NCBI GenBank assembly: GCA_039794085.1
Contig: JBDIWC010000031.1
Coordinates: 1 to 51,237 of the forward strand
DNA: 51,237 nt
Direction: 5' to 3'
DNA from: Gemmatimonadales bacterium
GTDB lineage: Bacteria; Gemmatimonadota; Gemmatimonadetes; Gemmatimonadales; GWC2-71-9
Shown here: positions 30,748-39,963 of the stretch, in pieces
Numbering within the stretch: position 1 is the first letter of the stretch
Layout of the letters: every line of letters begins with the position of its first letter
The notes under the pieces: model-generated
Databases searched by the model: none
Told to the model about the DNA's origin: nothing
Seen by the model: only the letters and a program-made list of their open reading frames with translations
Position numbers and translations under genes: made by a program

Positions 30748-31311
30748 ATGCTCGCCGAGGCCCTGGCCTCTGTTCTGGTGGCCCTCGCCATCCTCTGGCT
30801 ACTCTTCGCCCCGCTCCTCGGAGCGGCATCCCCTGAACCGGCATGGGAGGAGCCCGAGGATCCCGACGAGACACCACGCGGAGTCGCGTTGATCGCACTC
30901 AAGGACCTGGAACTCGATCGCGCCACCGGGAAGCTCTCGGACGAGGACTACGAGATGCTGAAGGGTCGGTACGCCGCGGAAGCAATCACGGCGCTCCGCG
31001 AGGAGGGGGCCCGCCCGGCCGCACACAGGGGCGGAGCGGTGGATGTGGAGGCGCTGGTGGCTGGCCGGCGCCGTGCGGCGACGAATGCGGGGGGAGGGCC
31101 ACAGGGGAAGGCACTCTCATGCCCCCGCTGTGGCCCGCGCCCCGAGCCCGATGCACGGTGTTGTTCGGGTTGCGGGGCGACCCTGGTGATCGAGGGCGAT
31201 TGCGGGATGTGTGGCGCCGCAGTGGAGGCGGGCCAACGGTTCTGCGGGTCCTGTGGGCGTACTCTCGCCACGCGGGGTGAGGAACCCGAGCCGGTCGTCG
31301 CCCACGCCTGA
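30748..31311 (+). CDS. CcmI-like N-terminal domain plus zinc ribbons
   Basis: N-terminal TM; ALKDLELDRATGKLSDEDYEMLKGRY; C-terminal CPRCG, CSGCG, CGMCG, FCGSCG. Confidence 0.7.
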   Translation: MLAEALASVLVALAILWLLFAPLLGAASPEPAWEEPEDPDETPRGVALIALKDLELDRATGKLSDEDYEMLKGRYAAEAITALREEGARPAAHRGGAVDVEALVAGRRRAATNAGGGPQGKALSCPRCGPRPEPDARCCSGCGATLVIEGDCGMCGAAVEAGQRFCGSCGRTLATRGEEPEPVVAHA

Positions 31312-31513
31312 GGGACGTGCGGAGTGTGAAGTTTGAAGAGCGACGGTTCCCAAGCCGGCAGAGCCGGAACCCAACTGGGTGTCTTCAGGCTTGACGTGGG
31401 TTCATGTTCAGCTGGAGCGCCTCTCCTACTCCCCGACAGCCAGCCACAAGAAGCACAGAAGGCACAAGACCACCACCCCGAGCGCCCACGCCCACCGCGC
31501 CCCCGGAAGCAGA

Positions 31514-31610
31514 CCGCAGGTGACACAGATGACCCAGAGGAGTCCTCCCCAGACCGGTCCCGCGTCGAGTCGGTGGGGGGGGCTCGGTGTCATCTGCGTC
31601 ATCGGTGGTT
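31514..31610. repeat. Imperfect inverted repeat of 9-nt-periodic units between convergent operons
   Basis: CCGCAGGTGACACAGATGACCCAGAG versus CTCGGTGTCATCTGCGTCATCGGTGG. Confidence 0.6.
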
Positions 31611-31693
31611 CCGCCCCTTTCGCGACGGCGAGACCCCTTCCGGGCGTCGCCCAAGATATTGTTGCGATGGGGTTCACACTTGTTCGTAAGGGA

Positions 31694-32398
31694 CTACCAC
31701 GCCATGGACCCTGTCATGGGTTGGTACCTCTCCAGCCCCTCCCGCAGCATCCGGTATCCCACCAGAGCCACCCCCGCGCTTGCCAGGATAAGGGCCACTT
31801 CGACCGTCATCGCCGCCTCCGGGCGGGAAAGGAACTCGACGATGCGAGTCTGGGCCGGAAGGAAGGGGGTGACCAGGGGGTCGAGAATAAACAGGAGCCC
31901 GAGAAAGACCAGGAAGGGGATGGCACTGATCTGATCGAGCCGGAACCGCACCAGAAGGGAGGAGAGGAGGATGGAGAGGGCCGTCATGGCACTCCACGAT
32001 ACCAGGGCCACTCCCACCAATCCCGGCCGGGTGAGTCCGGGCGGGAAGAGGGCCGGGGCAGCAAGGGACCAGGCCACGACGGGGAAGAGCGCTCCGGGGA
32101 CCATGACGACGCCGGTGGCGATGCACCGGGCCAAGGCCAAAGTGGAGCGGTCCACAGGCAGGGTCAGGAGAAAGGACATGCTGCCATCGAGCTTGTCCCG
32201 CAGTTGGTTCGGAGGGAGCAACAGGACGAACGCCAGGCCCATTCCCATCAGGATGAGGACGGCGATCTCGCCGGTGGCGCGACCGGTGAGGGCCAGCAGG
32301 CCGAAGATCACGGCCAGCATGAGCACGCTGCGCCCGAGTTGGGGCCGTACTCTTCGGAGATCAAGCAGGGTCAGTCGGCGCAATGGGGACGATGTCAT
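31694..32398 (-). CDS. ABC-2 type permease
   Basis: About 6 TM helices; DGSMSFLLTLPVDRSTLALAR motif. Confidence 0.8.
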   Translation of the reverse strand: MTSSPLRRLTLLDLRRVRPQLGRSVLMLAVIFGLLALTGRATGEIAVLILMGMGLAFVLLLPPNQLRDKLDGSMSFLLTLPVDRSTLALARCIATGVVMVPGALFPVVAWSLAAPALFPPGLTRPGLVGVALVSWSAMTALSILLSSLLVRFRLDQISAIPFLVFLGLLFILDPLVTPFLPAQTRIVEFLSRPEAAMTVEVALILASAGVALVGYRMLREGLERYQPMTGSMAW

Positions 32399-33116
32399 GG
32401 TCCTCCAGCAGGGAGCGGATGGCGGCGATCCCGGTCAGGCCGGGGTACCGTGCGGCGAGAGCGTGACGTGACACATCGTGGACCAGGCCGCCTCCACGGA
32501 GGACGAGGATCCGGGTGGCGAGAAGGTCGACATCCTCGACCAGGTGGGTGGAATACACCAGGAGACGGTTTCCCTCGGCGGGGCAGACCGTCTCCAACAA
32601 CCGAACCAGATCGCCCCGGACCACTGGGTCGAGTCCCGTGGTCGGTTCGTCGAGGAGGAGAATCGGAGGACGGCACGCTTCCGCGCAGCAGAATCCGAGC
32701 TTGACCCGCATCCCCCGGGAGAGGGCGGCAAGCGGGGTGTCCCAGGGGAGGCCCATCCGGGTGCGCAGCTGATCCATCCATTGAGGGTCCCAGGTGGGAT
32801 AGAATCCCGCAAGGAACTCGCTGTGCTCCCGGACCGTCATCCACCCGAACCCGGGCATCTGGTCCGGGAGAAATCCCACACCGTGCCGGTCGGCCCGGGC
32901 GATGCTGCCCACGGGGCGACCGCTCCAGTACACCGTGCCCTGGTGCCGGGGGAGATGCCCCGCCATTCCGAGCAACATCGTGCTCTTGCCGGCCCCATTG
33001 GCGCCGAGCAACGCGACACGCTCCCCCGGGGCGAACGCGAGTGTCACGGGGCCCAGGGTGAAGGACCCTCGCGTGACGGTGAACTGATCGAGGGCGAGGA
33101 GGGGGGTCCGGGTCAT
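32361..33116 (-). CDS. ABC transporter ATP-binding protein
   Basis: [30 protein letters not shown]. Confidence 0.93.
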   Translation of the reverse strand: MTRTPLLALDQFTVTRGSFTLGPVTLAFAPGERVALLGANGAGKSTMLLGMAGHLPRHQGTVYWSGRPVGSIARADRHGVGFLPDQMPGFGWMTVREHSEFLAGFYPTWDPQWMDQLRTRMGLPWDTPLAALSRGMRVKLGFCCAEACRPPILLLDEPTTGLDPVVRGDLVRLLETVCPAEGNRLLVYSTHLVEDVDLLATRILVLRGGGLVHDVSRHALAARYPGLTGIAAIRSLLEDHDIVPIAPTDPA

Positions 33117-33781
33117 GTGCCAGCCAGGCTCCGAAGAAGACCGACGCCGAGGGAGAGAATCCAGAGCAGGAGGGCCACCGCCACCCCGGCCCGCCGGGAC
33201 GTGTTCGTCACGATGGGGATCCCCGTACTCAGGAGAAGAAACCACGCCAGATGGAAAAGCGAAAGATGGGAGACCAACGTCTGCATGAGGGGACCGTCCG
33301 GTGTGATCAGGAGATCGAGTCCCGTCGGGATCAGGAGATCCCGCGGGGAGTGCAGTCGAGCGGGCCCCAGGATGCGGGCGGTCACTGCGATCACCGCCCC
33401 CTGGAGGGCCAGGATGATCTCACCATAGAGAAGCAGGGAGAAGACGCCACGGGTCCTGACCGGATGGCCGCCGAGGGTCAGGACGCTCCAGACCACCCCG
33501 GTGGCCAGCCCGGCCCGGAGGAGAGCCAGGATCGGCGAGAGAAGGCCCAGAATCAGAAACCAGGTGCGCAGGCCGGCCACCACCGCCGGGGGACTTTCCC
33601 GGAAGGCGTACGGAATGAGAGTTCCGGTGAGGAGGGCGGCGCCGGTGAGCAGAACCGCGACCAGGAGGAGGGGCAGCCCCACGGGCCGGATGGTTCCGAT
33701 CTCCTCCAGCGTCGGGGCGCAGAGCTGGGCCTGGCGGTGCCACCAGCCTGGAGGGGGGGGAGGACGATGGACCTCGGTCAT
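33113..33781 (-). CDS. Multi-pass membrane protein, Yip1-like
   Basis: About 5 hydrophobic helices with a C-terminal LSLFHLAWFLLLSTGI pattern; GGAG RBS; 4-nt overlaps on both sides. Confidence 0.6.
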   Translation of the reverse strand: MTEVHRPPPPPGWWHRQAQLCAPTLEEIGTIRPVGLPLLLVAVLLTGAALLTGTLIPYAFRESPPAVVAGLRTWFLILGLLSPILALLRAGLATGVVWSVLTLGGHPVRTRGVFSLLLYGEIILALQGAVIAVTARILGPARLHSPRDLLIPTGLDLLITPDGPLMQTLVSHLSLFHLAWFLLLSTGIPIVTNTSRRAGVAVALLLWILSLGVGLLRSLAGT

Positions 33782-34371
33782 CGAAGGGCTCCTTCGGGTA
33801 AGGGTGACAGGGAGGGACGAGGTGAGGGATCGTCGAGGAGATGGAGCAGGGAATCGAGTCGGCCCCTTCCCGACACGCCGTAGAACAGATGGGTGACTCC
33901 ACGAGGAGTCATCACCGCGATCGCGGGGACCCCTCGCAATCGGAGGCCCCGGGCGATCCTTCCGGTCCGGTCGTGAACCAGGACGCGGGCCAACGGGGGC
34001 GGGACAAACCCGGGATCCGATCGCCGGGATGCCACCACCACGGGGACACGCGCTGGTGTCCGTCTCACCAGTTCGGTCCAGGTGCGGAGTTCCGCCTTGC
34101 ACCAGGAACACCGTTCATCCACGTAGAGCAGGAGGGTGGGCTGTCGCAGATCCTCCGCACGCCACAGGCCCCCCGAGACCAGAACTCCGGTGAGGGAATC
34201 CGCCGGTAGGGGAACCGGCAGCTCGGGAGCGCCGGGGCGGGGTGATCTCCGCGTGAGTGTCAACACCCCTCCCACGAGCACGAGACCCAGCACTCCCAGG
34301 GCCAGGATCCGGAGAAGGGTGGAGGGGGCAGAACCCCCTCCACCGCGTGAGACCAGGGCGTCAGAACGCAC
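33778..34371 (-). CDS. Membrane-anchored thioredoxin-like (TlpA/ResA-type) protein
   Basis: N-terminal TM; LLLYVDERCSWCKAEL; DRTGRIARGLRLRGVP. Confidence 0.75.
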   Translation of the reverse strand: MRSDALVSRGGGGSAPSTLLRILALGVLGLVLVGGVLTLTRRSPRPGAPELPVPLPADSLTGVLVSGGLWRAEDLRQPTLLLYVDERCSWCKAELRTWTELVRRTPARVPVVVASRRSDPGFVPPPLARVLVHDRTGRIARGLRLRGVPAIAVMTPRGVTHLFYGVSGRGRLDSLLHLLDDPSPRPSLSPLPEGALR

Positions 34372-34645
34372 CGACGCAGATTCCTCCGCAGGCGAACGCC
34401 AGCTCGGGGTTGAACAAGGCGGTCACGATCACGGCGGCGACCGACGTTCCTCCGCTCAGAAGGAGGCCCAGGCAGACGAGGCAGACAGCCTTGTCCAGAG
34501 GTCCCGCTCCCACGGTCTCGGGAGTGCGTTCCTGGGTGATGCCCGGTCTCGCCACGGCATGGACCGGGGCTGGTGGTCGGGCCAGGGGAGAGGACATCCC
34601 GAGAACGAGGGCGAGCATCCCGGCCTGGACAACAGTGTGAATCAT
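34361..34645 (-). CDS. Small secreted-type peptide precursor 2 (CxxC-x27-CxGxC hydrophobic core)
   Basis: GGGAGG RBS; hydrophobic N-terminus, Pro-rich linker, TVGAG-P, CLVC...CGGIC. Confidence 0.7.
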   Translation of the reverse strand: MIHTVVQAGMLALVLGMSSPLARPPAPVHAVARPGITQERTPETVGAGPLDKAVCLVCLGLLLSGGTSVAAVIVTALFNPELAFACGGICVGAF

Positions 34646-34697
34646 GATGAACCTCCCGGATGGAGTAAAGTTGTGGTTGGCGGACAAAAGGTGGTAA

Positions 34698-34970
34698 TCA
34701 TGTGATCGCAGCCCAGCACATTCCAACGCACCCGGCCACCGCCAGCGCCGAGCCTTCGGTAAATGCGGCCACCAGGAGGGTCGCCCAGCCACCGAGGGCG
34801 AGGATCACCCCTCCTCCGATGCAGGCCGCACATCCCAGAGCTTCCGGTCCCTGGCCCTCGACCGATTCGGCGACGGGGGCGGAGGGAGCCGGGTCCTTCG
34901 AGTCGTTCGGAAGCGTGGCCAGGTAGGCGGCCAACGCGAGTGCCATGGCAATGGCCCAGTAGTTCAACAT
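34698..34970 (-). CDS. Small secreted-type peptide precursor 1 (CxxC-x30-CxGxC hydrophobic core)
   Basis: GGAGG RBS; hydrophobic N-terminus, Pro-rich linker, VEGQG-P, CAAC...CVGMC. Confidence 0.75.
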   Translation of the reverse strand: MLNYWAIAMALALAAYLATLPNDSKDPAPSAPVAESVEGQGPEALGCAACIGGGVILALGGWATLLVAAFTEGSALAVAGCVGMCWAAIT

Positions 34971-34981
34971 GTGATCCTCCG

Positions 34982-35104
34982 TCAGTGAGGGGTGGTGGAT
35001 GTGACCGGGGCGGGCTCATGGAGAAAGTCCGTGGTCCCATCCGGGAGGGTGAGGGCGAGGATGGCCAGATACACGGCCACCGCGAGTCGCACGAGATCGA
35101 ACAT
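34982..35104 (-). CDS. 40-aa small protein (not in ORF track)
   Basis: Strong AAAGGAGGT RBS; MFDLVRLAVAVYLAILALTLPDGTTDFLHEPAPVTSTTPH; fills the gap between the peptidase and precursor 1. Confidence 0.65.
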   Translation of the reverse strand: MFDLVRLAVAVYLAILALTLPDGTTDFLHEPAPVTSTTPH

Positions 35105-35116
35105 GGGAACCTCCTT

Positions 35117-35788
35117 TCAACGGGGGAGATCCTCTCCCGGAATGGGAGAGGAGGAGATGCACCCGCGACATCCTGCGTCGGCGGGGTGCATGACAACGCC
35201 GTTCCAACGGCGGGAGAAGAGTGACCAGGGGAGGAGTTGGCGACCTCGCAGGGGATCGAGCACATCCACCGAGTCGCCGGGGGTGAGGGCCGCCACCGTG
35301 ACGAAGTGCCCGGGCCGCATCCACACGAGGAGCGGAGTGCGATACCGCGCCAGAACCTGGGGCCCCGCGGTCGGGTTCAGAGTCTTCAGGCCGACCGGTG
35401 CGTGGAGTGTGGCAGCCGTCTCGGCGAGGCGCCCAAGCCGGGTTCCCCGGGGGCCAAGACCGGTCAGGCGGGACAGGGTGTCGAGGGAGGGTGGAACCTG
35501 CCCGGACAGCCGGAGCCAGTTGGCGAGCGCCGCGGGACCACAGTCCGTCCACCCCTGCTGCCAGATCATGCCGTCCGAGGGAAGGGGGCGGGCGCCGGCC
35601 GCGAGGTCGGCGGTGGGGAGGCTGGATCGCGCCCGGGCGAGAATCCGGTCCGGGTGGAGCAGGGGGATGGCCGCTCCAAGCGCGCAGGTTCCGGCCAGGA
35701 GCGCCGCCCCCGCGAGCCGCTGCCACGGGCGAATCGGGGTGCCGAGCGGGGCGGAATGGGTGCCGTGCTGAGGATCTGAACGAGACAA
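35117..35788 (-). CDS. Stand-alone C39-family cysteine peptidase with N-terminal membrane segment
   Basis: QQGWTDCGPAAL (Gln/Cys), GHFV (His), VLDP (Asp), FSRRWNGVV; TTG start after GGAGGG. Confidence 0.85.
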   Translation of the reverse strand: MSRSDPQHGTHSAPLGTPIRPWQRLAGAALLAGTCALGAAIPLLHPDRILARARSSLPTADLAAGARPLPSDGMIWQQGWTDCGPAALANWLRLSGQVPPSLDTLSRLTGLGPRGTRLGRLAETAATLHAPVGLKTLNPTAGPQVLARYRTPLLVWMRPGHFVTVAALTPGDSVDVLDPLRGRQLLPWSLFSRRWNGVVMHPADAGCRGCISSSPIPGEDLPR

Positions 35789-35934
35789 CGTGCCCTCCGG
35801 GTGGGCGGCGCAACGCACCGCGTCAACTCGGGGGCAATGTCACGAAAGAGAGGGTGGGGAGCGGGATCCGGGAAACGCGGGGCAGGGCTCTTTCTATGCG
35901 GGCCCCCCGGCGGACCAGTCCGGGGGGCGTCCGG

Positions 35935-37677
35935 TCAGGCTTCCAAGGATTCGAGGCGGCGGAGTCCAAGGCGGAGGGGAATGAGGGTGGCGAGGGAGCA
36001 GACCGCGGTGACCAGGAGCAGAGCGATCCCGATCTCGCCGGTCAGGCCCGGGTTCTGGCCGGCCTGGCGGGCCCGGAGCCAGGAGGAGAGGGGAGCGGCC
36101 TCGATCACGATGATCGCCGCGAGCACGCTGATCGCGGTCATCATGAACATCAACCCCCCGAAACTGGTGGGAATCTGGGCCGCATTCTCGGTGTCAAATT
36201 GAGGGTAGAGCACGCCGAAGCCCACCGCCATCGCTCCGAGGGCGATCGTGAATGCGATCGTGGTGAACAGGCTGAGACCCAGCATGAACGGACTGGCACG
36301 CAGGAGGACGTTGGTCACCCCGGTGATCAGGACCGCCAGCACGAGAAGCGGGACGGTGCCTATCCAGTACTTGCTCCAGAGCATTCCCCGCATGTCCAGA
36401 GGGCTCGACCGCAGGAGCCAGAGCTGCCGGCCCTCGAGTGAGATCGACGGAAACACGAACCGGGCGGCGATGGCCGCGAGCACGAACCCCGAGAGCCCCA
36501 GGTTGAGGAAGGACACCAGCGTGATCAGGGCGAACGGCACCCGCTCGCCGGTAAACAGGGGAAGGGCCCGGATGTTGAAGATGTAGACGATGAGAAGGAC
36601 CGCCAGCAGAATGAGCTGACTCCACTGCGTGGTGTCCCGGAAGAAGAGCCGGAGGTCCTTGAGCAGGAACTCCCGCCGGGTGGGCGGGAGCCAGGCGAGG
36701 AGTCGCCCGACGATGCGGGACATGGTCCGCCCCCGCACGAAGTTATCCGCCCCCTCCTGTGCCTTGGAAAATCCGGTGAGGTAGAGCCGGCGATGCAGGG
36801 TGGCCCCCATGACCACGAAGGCCGCCGCGGTGCTCCAGAGCACCGCGAGCGGGAGGGGATCGGCCACCCGGAGCAGCCAGTTCATGATGGCCTGGCTGGC
36901 CCATTCACTGGGGAGAAACGGATTGGTCGGAGCCCGGAGAACCACCAGGAAATCCACCAGATTGCTGAATCCCTCCGGTCGCACGAGTTGCTCGGGCCGG
37001 GCGATCCGGAGGAGGAGAACGATGCCCCCCACCGCCCCGAGAGCGACGAGGCTCAGGAGATCCCGGGTGCGCCGGGCAGGAAACACGTTGACGAGCACCA
37101 GGGTGATCGCCGATCCGACCACCGTGGGGAGCACAAGAAAGGGAGCCAGGGAGGCGAAGGCCACGAAAGGGAAGAGCCACCCTCCCCCGTACACGACCCC
37201 ATAGGCGGTCAGGATGGGAAGCACGAGCAGGGCCACCATCCACGAACTGTGCACCAGCGTCTCCGCGAGCTTGGCCAGGTAGACCCGGAGCCAGTCCACC
37301 GGGGCCGCGACGAGGGTGTCGAGGTCCTTGGCCAGAAAGAAGGTGGAGAGGGCGGTCACCAGGTTGGACAGCAGGAGGACACCGCTGAACGCCAGCAGGA
37401 TCAGGCCGAGCACCTTCCCCGCCAGGAGGCTTCCGATCTCCTCCACGGTCCGGAAGTAGTGGACCACCCGCCAGGACACGCCGAAAACGGCCGCCCAGAA
37501 CACGAGGCCGATGAGACCCAGAACCACCACGCGGAGAATGCTTCGATCCTGCCGCCCCCGGGCCAGCATGCCCTGCCACTTGGGAACCAGAATGGTCCAC
37601 AGATGGGGTTGCTTCGGGGGAACCGGGATGGCGGGGGGCCCCACCGCACCGGGTAGAGGAGCGGTCACGTCAGTCAC
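35935..37677 (-). CDS. Putative ABC exporter permease
   Basis: More than 10 TM helices; SISLEGRQLWLLRSSPL; follows an ABC ATPase. Confidence 0.85.
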   Translation of the reverse strand: MTDVTAPLPGAVGPPAIPVPPKQPHLWTILVPKWQGMLARGRQDRSILRVVVLGLIGLVFWAAVFGVSWRVVHYFRTVEEIGSLLAGKVLGLILLAFSGVLLLSNLVTALSTFFLAKDLDTLVAAPVDWLRVYLAKLAETLVHSSWMVALLVLPILTAYGVVYGGGWLFPFVAFASLAPFLVLPTVVGSAITLVLVNVFPARRTRDLLSLVALGAVGGIVLLLRIARPEQLVRPEGFSNLVDFLVVLRAPTNPFLPSEWASQAIMNWLLRVADPLPLAVLWSTAAAFVVMGATLHRRLYLTGFSKAQEGADNFVRGRTMSRIVGRLLAWLPPTRREFLLKDLRLFFRDTTQWSQLILLAVLLIVYIFNIRALPLFTGERVPFALITLVSFLNLGLSGFVLAAIAARFVFPSISLEGRQLWLLRSSPLDMRGMLWSKYWIGTVPLLVLAVLITGVTNVLLRASPFMLGLSLFTTIAFTIALGAMAVGFGVLYPQFDTENAAQIPTSFGGLMFMMTAISVLAAIIVIEAAPLSSWLRARQAGQNPGLTGEIGIALLLVTAVCSLATLIPLRLGLRRLESLEA

Positions 37678-38425
37678 CCAGAATCGCTCCCAACTCCCGT
37701 TCGGTGACCCCGCCGGTGAGCTTGAGGAAGAGCTGCTCCAGCGAGCCCGTCGCATCGTGGTCCCGGCGAAGCTCCTCCATCGTCCCCTCCGCGATGATGC
37801 GCCCGTTCCGGATGATGCCGATGCGGTCGCACATCGCCTCGGCGATCTCCAGGGTGTGCGTGCTCATCAGCACGGTGCCGCCCAGGCTCGTGAAGTGACG
37901 GAAGATGTCCTTCAGCAGGCGACTGCTCTTCGGATCGAGCCCCACCATCGGTTCATCCACCACGATCACCTCGGGCTGGTGGACCAGCGCGCTGGAGATG
38001 ATGAGCTTCTGGCGCATGCCATGGCTGTAGGACTCGGTCAGCTCGTCCTTCCATCGCGTGAGTTCGAAGAGGTCGAGCAGCTCGTCGATCCGGCGCTCCA
38101 GCGCCTCCCCTTCCTGGCCGTACAGGGCCGCGACGAACCGCATGAATTCGGCCCCGGTCAGCTTGTCATACACGTAGGGCCGGTCCGGGATGAACCCCAG
38201 TCGGGCCTTGGCCGCCATCGGGAACCGTGTGATGTCGAGACCCGCCACCTCGATGCGGCCGCTGGTGGGCTGCAGGATCCCGGCGATCATGCGCATCGTC
38301 GTGGTCTTGCCGGCTCCATTCGGACCGAGAAATCCGAACAGCTGCCCCGCGGGGATGGCGAGATTGATGTGGTCCACCGCGGTGAACGACCCATACTTCT
38401 TGGTGAGGTCCGTGATCTGAATCAT
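37670..38425 (-). CDS. ABC transporter ATP-binding protein
   Basis: GPNGAGKTT, YSHGMRQK, VVDEPMVGLDP, STH. Confidence 0.95.
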   Translation of the reverse strand: MIQITDLTKKYGSFTAVDHINLAIPAGQLFGFLGPNGAGKTTTMRMIAGILQPTSGRIEVAGLDITRFPMAAKARLGFIPDRPYVYDKLTGAEFMRFVAALYGQEGEALERRIDELLDLFELTRWKDELTESYSHGMRQKLIISSALVHQPEVIVVDEPMVGLDPKSSRLLKDIFRHFTSLGGTVLMSTHTLEIAEAMCDRIGIIRNGRIIAEGTMEELRRDHDATGSLEQLFLKLTGGVTERELGAILGD

Positions 38426-39963
38426 GGAGTGGTCCGGAGGGGGACGATCTCGTGACCCAGCGCTCCCAGGAGGGAAACGAGGTCGGCGGGGCGGCTCCGG
38501 CCCCCTTCACGAAACCGGAGCAGGGCGGGGCTGGCGGGAACGACACCGGTGGCCGGATCGGCGGCGACCCATCCGTCGATCCAGACCTCGGTCCAGGCAT
38601 GACCCAGGAGCCCGGCGGAGGTCACGGCGACGCCGGTCACCACCCGCGCCGGAATGTCCAGATGCCGTGCGAGAGTCATGAGCAGCCGGGCCTTTCCATC
38701 CGCCCCGGCCCGGCCGGCCGAGAGCACGCGCTCCGCCTCCAACGGGGCCTCGAAGGAGGTGTCGGTGGTGATCGCGGTGGAGACGTGACGGGCCAGGGCC
38801 CGGACCTGTGCCAGGCGGTCCCGGGTTTGGCCCGCCACGCCGAGGGCCAGGGCCCGGAGAGCCGAATCCCCCGCCGCGCCCGGCGAGGGGTAGTGGACGG
38901 AATAGCCAACAGGAGAGGCCTCCGCATCGGCGGGGGGCGTGGTGCGCGTGATGTGAAGGACACCCCTTACCAGGCGTTGACGCCCTCCCTCCAGGGACCG
39001 GGTGAGGGCGGGGAACATCGGCACCAGGGAGCGTCCCCGGGTGATCCCGAGGAGGACCGCCACGGTGTCCCCCGGGGTGAGAGAAGCGCCGGACCCGAGC
39101 CAGGAGCGGCTTCCCGCCGGATCGTGGACCACGGGACCGGTCTCCGCAATGTCGCGCTGGTAGTTGTTGCGCGCGATCTCGAACGTCGTGCGCTCCCATG
39201 ACATCCCGAAGCCGTGCTGGATGGCCAGCGGATTGCCCCGATCATCCACCCAGGTGGTCATCGGGAGCCCGTGGGCCGCGTGATCAAGACGCCAGCCGCG
39301 GATGGTCACTCGGGTGGCGGGGATCCAGGTGCCCTGTGGGTCCCGGTCGGCGCTGTCCACCACCACGAAGGAGGACTCCGCCGCCACCGTCACCCGGTCG
39401 AGGCGGAAGCTCCGGTCCGCCGGGTCGAACACGAGGCGGGACATCGAACGCCCAAGGGAGAGTCGGTCGGTGAGCACCATCTGATGAGGCAGGGCGGAGG
39501 CGGGAGTGAACGGCTCGGGAGAGGTGAGGGTCACCGGGGGGCCGGCGGAGGCGTCCATCGGAGCGGCCACCGTGACCACCAGATCCGAACCGACCGAATC
39601 CGTGGCGGCAAAATACCGGACTGACTGACCTGCCTGACTCTGCGTGGCCTCCACCGTCTCGATCATCAGGGTACGGCTGAATCCGCTCGATCCCCGGTAG
39701 CCCAGACGGATCGGTATGCCGGCCACTTGCAGATCGAGGGACAGGGTTTCGTTGAGATGCCAGGTATGCTCCGTCGTGTCCGCCGAGAGTGACCCGATCC
39801 CAACCTGACGGGCCCCCAGCATCACCGTGTAGAACCCGCTGAACGGGGCCAGTCGTTGCCCGGCCGCCTCGAGGTTCTGACGGGAGTTCATGCTGCGCAC
39901 TCCGAGCCACCCCAGAGAGAGGGCCCAGGCCAGCAGGATCAGGGCTCCGGTCACCTGCCTCAT
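38422..39963 (-). CDS. Transglutaminase-like domain protein (catalytic Cys absent)
   Basis: LARHLDIPARVVTG, GHAWTEVWIDGWVAADP; N-terminal hydrophobic segment. Confidence 0.8.
   Translation of the reverse strand: MRQVTGALILLAWALSLGWLGVRSMNSRQNLEAAGQRLAPFSGFYTVMLGARQVGIGSLSADTTEHTWHLNETLSLDLQVAGIPIRLGYRGSSGFSRTLMIETVEATQSQAGQSVRYFAATDSVGSDLVVTVAAPMDASAGPPVTLTSPEPFTPASALPHQMVLTDRLSLGRSMSRLVFDPADRSFRLDRVTVAAESSFVVVDSADRDPQGTWIPATRVTIRGWRLDHAAHGLPMTTWVDDRGNPLAIQHGFGMSWERTTFEIARNNYQRDIAETGPVVHDPAGSRSWLGSGASLTPGDTVAVLLGITRGRSLVPMFPALTRSLEGGRQRLVRGVLHITRTTPPADAEASPVGYSVHYPSPGAAGDSALRALALGVAGQTRDRLAQVRALARHVSTAITTDTSFEAPLEAERVLSAGRAGADGKARLLMTLARHLDIPARVVTGVAVTSAGLLGHAWTEVWIDGWVAADPATGVVPASPALLRFREGGRSRPADLVSLLGALGHEIVPLRTTP

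Noticed and set aside
34361..34970. Lanthipeptide, sactipeptide or head-to-tail circular bacteriocin assignment
   Set aside because: No LanB/C/M, radical SAM, YcaO or recognisable SpoIIM/DUF95 gene in the cluster.
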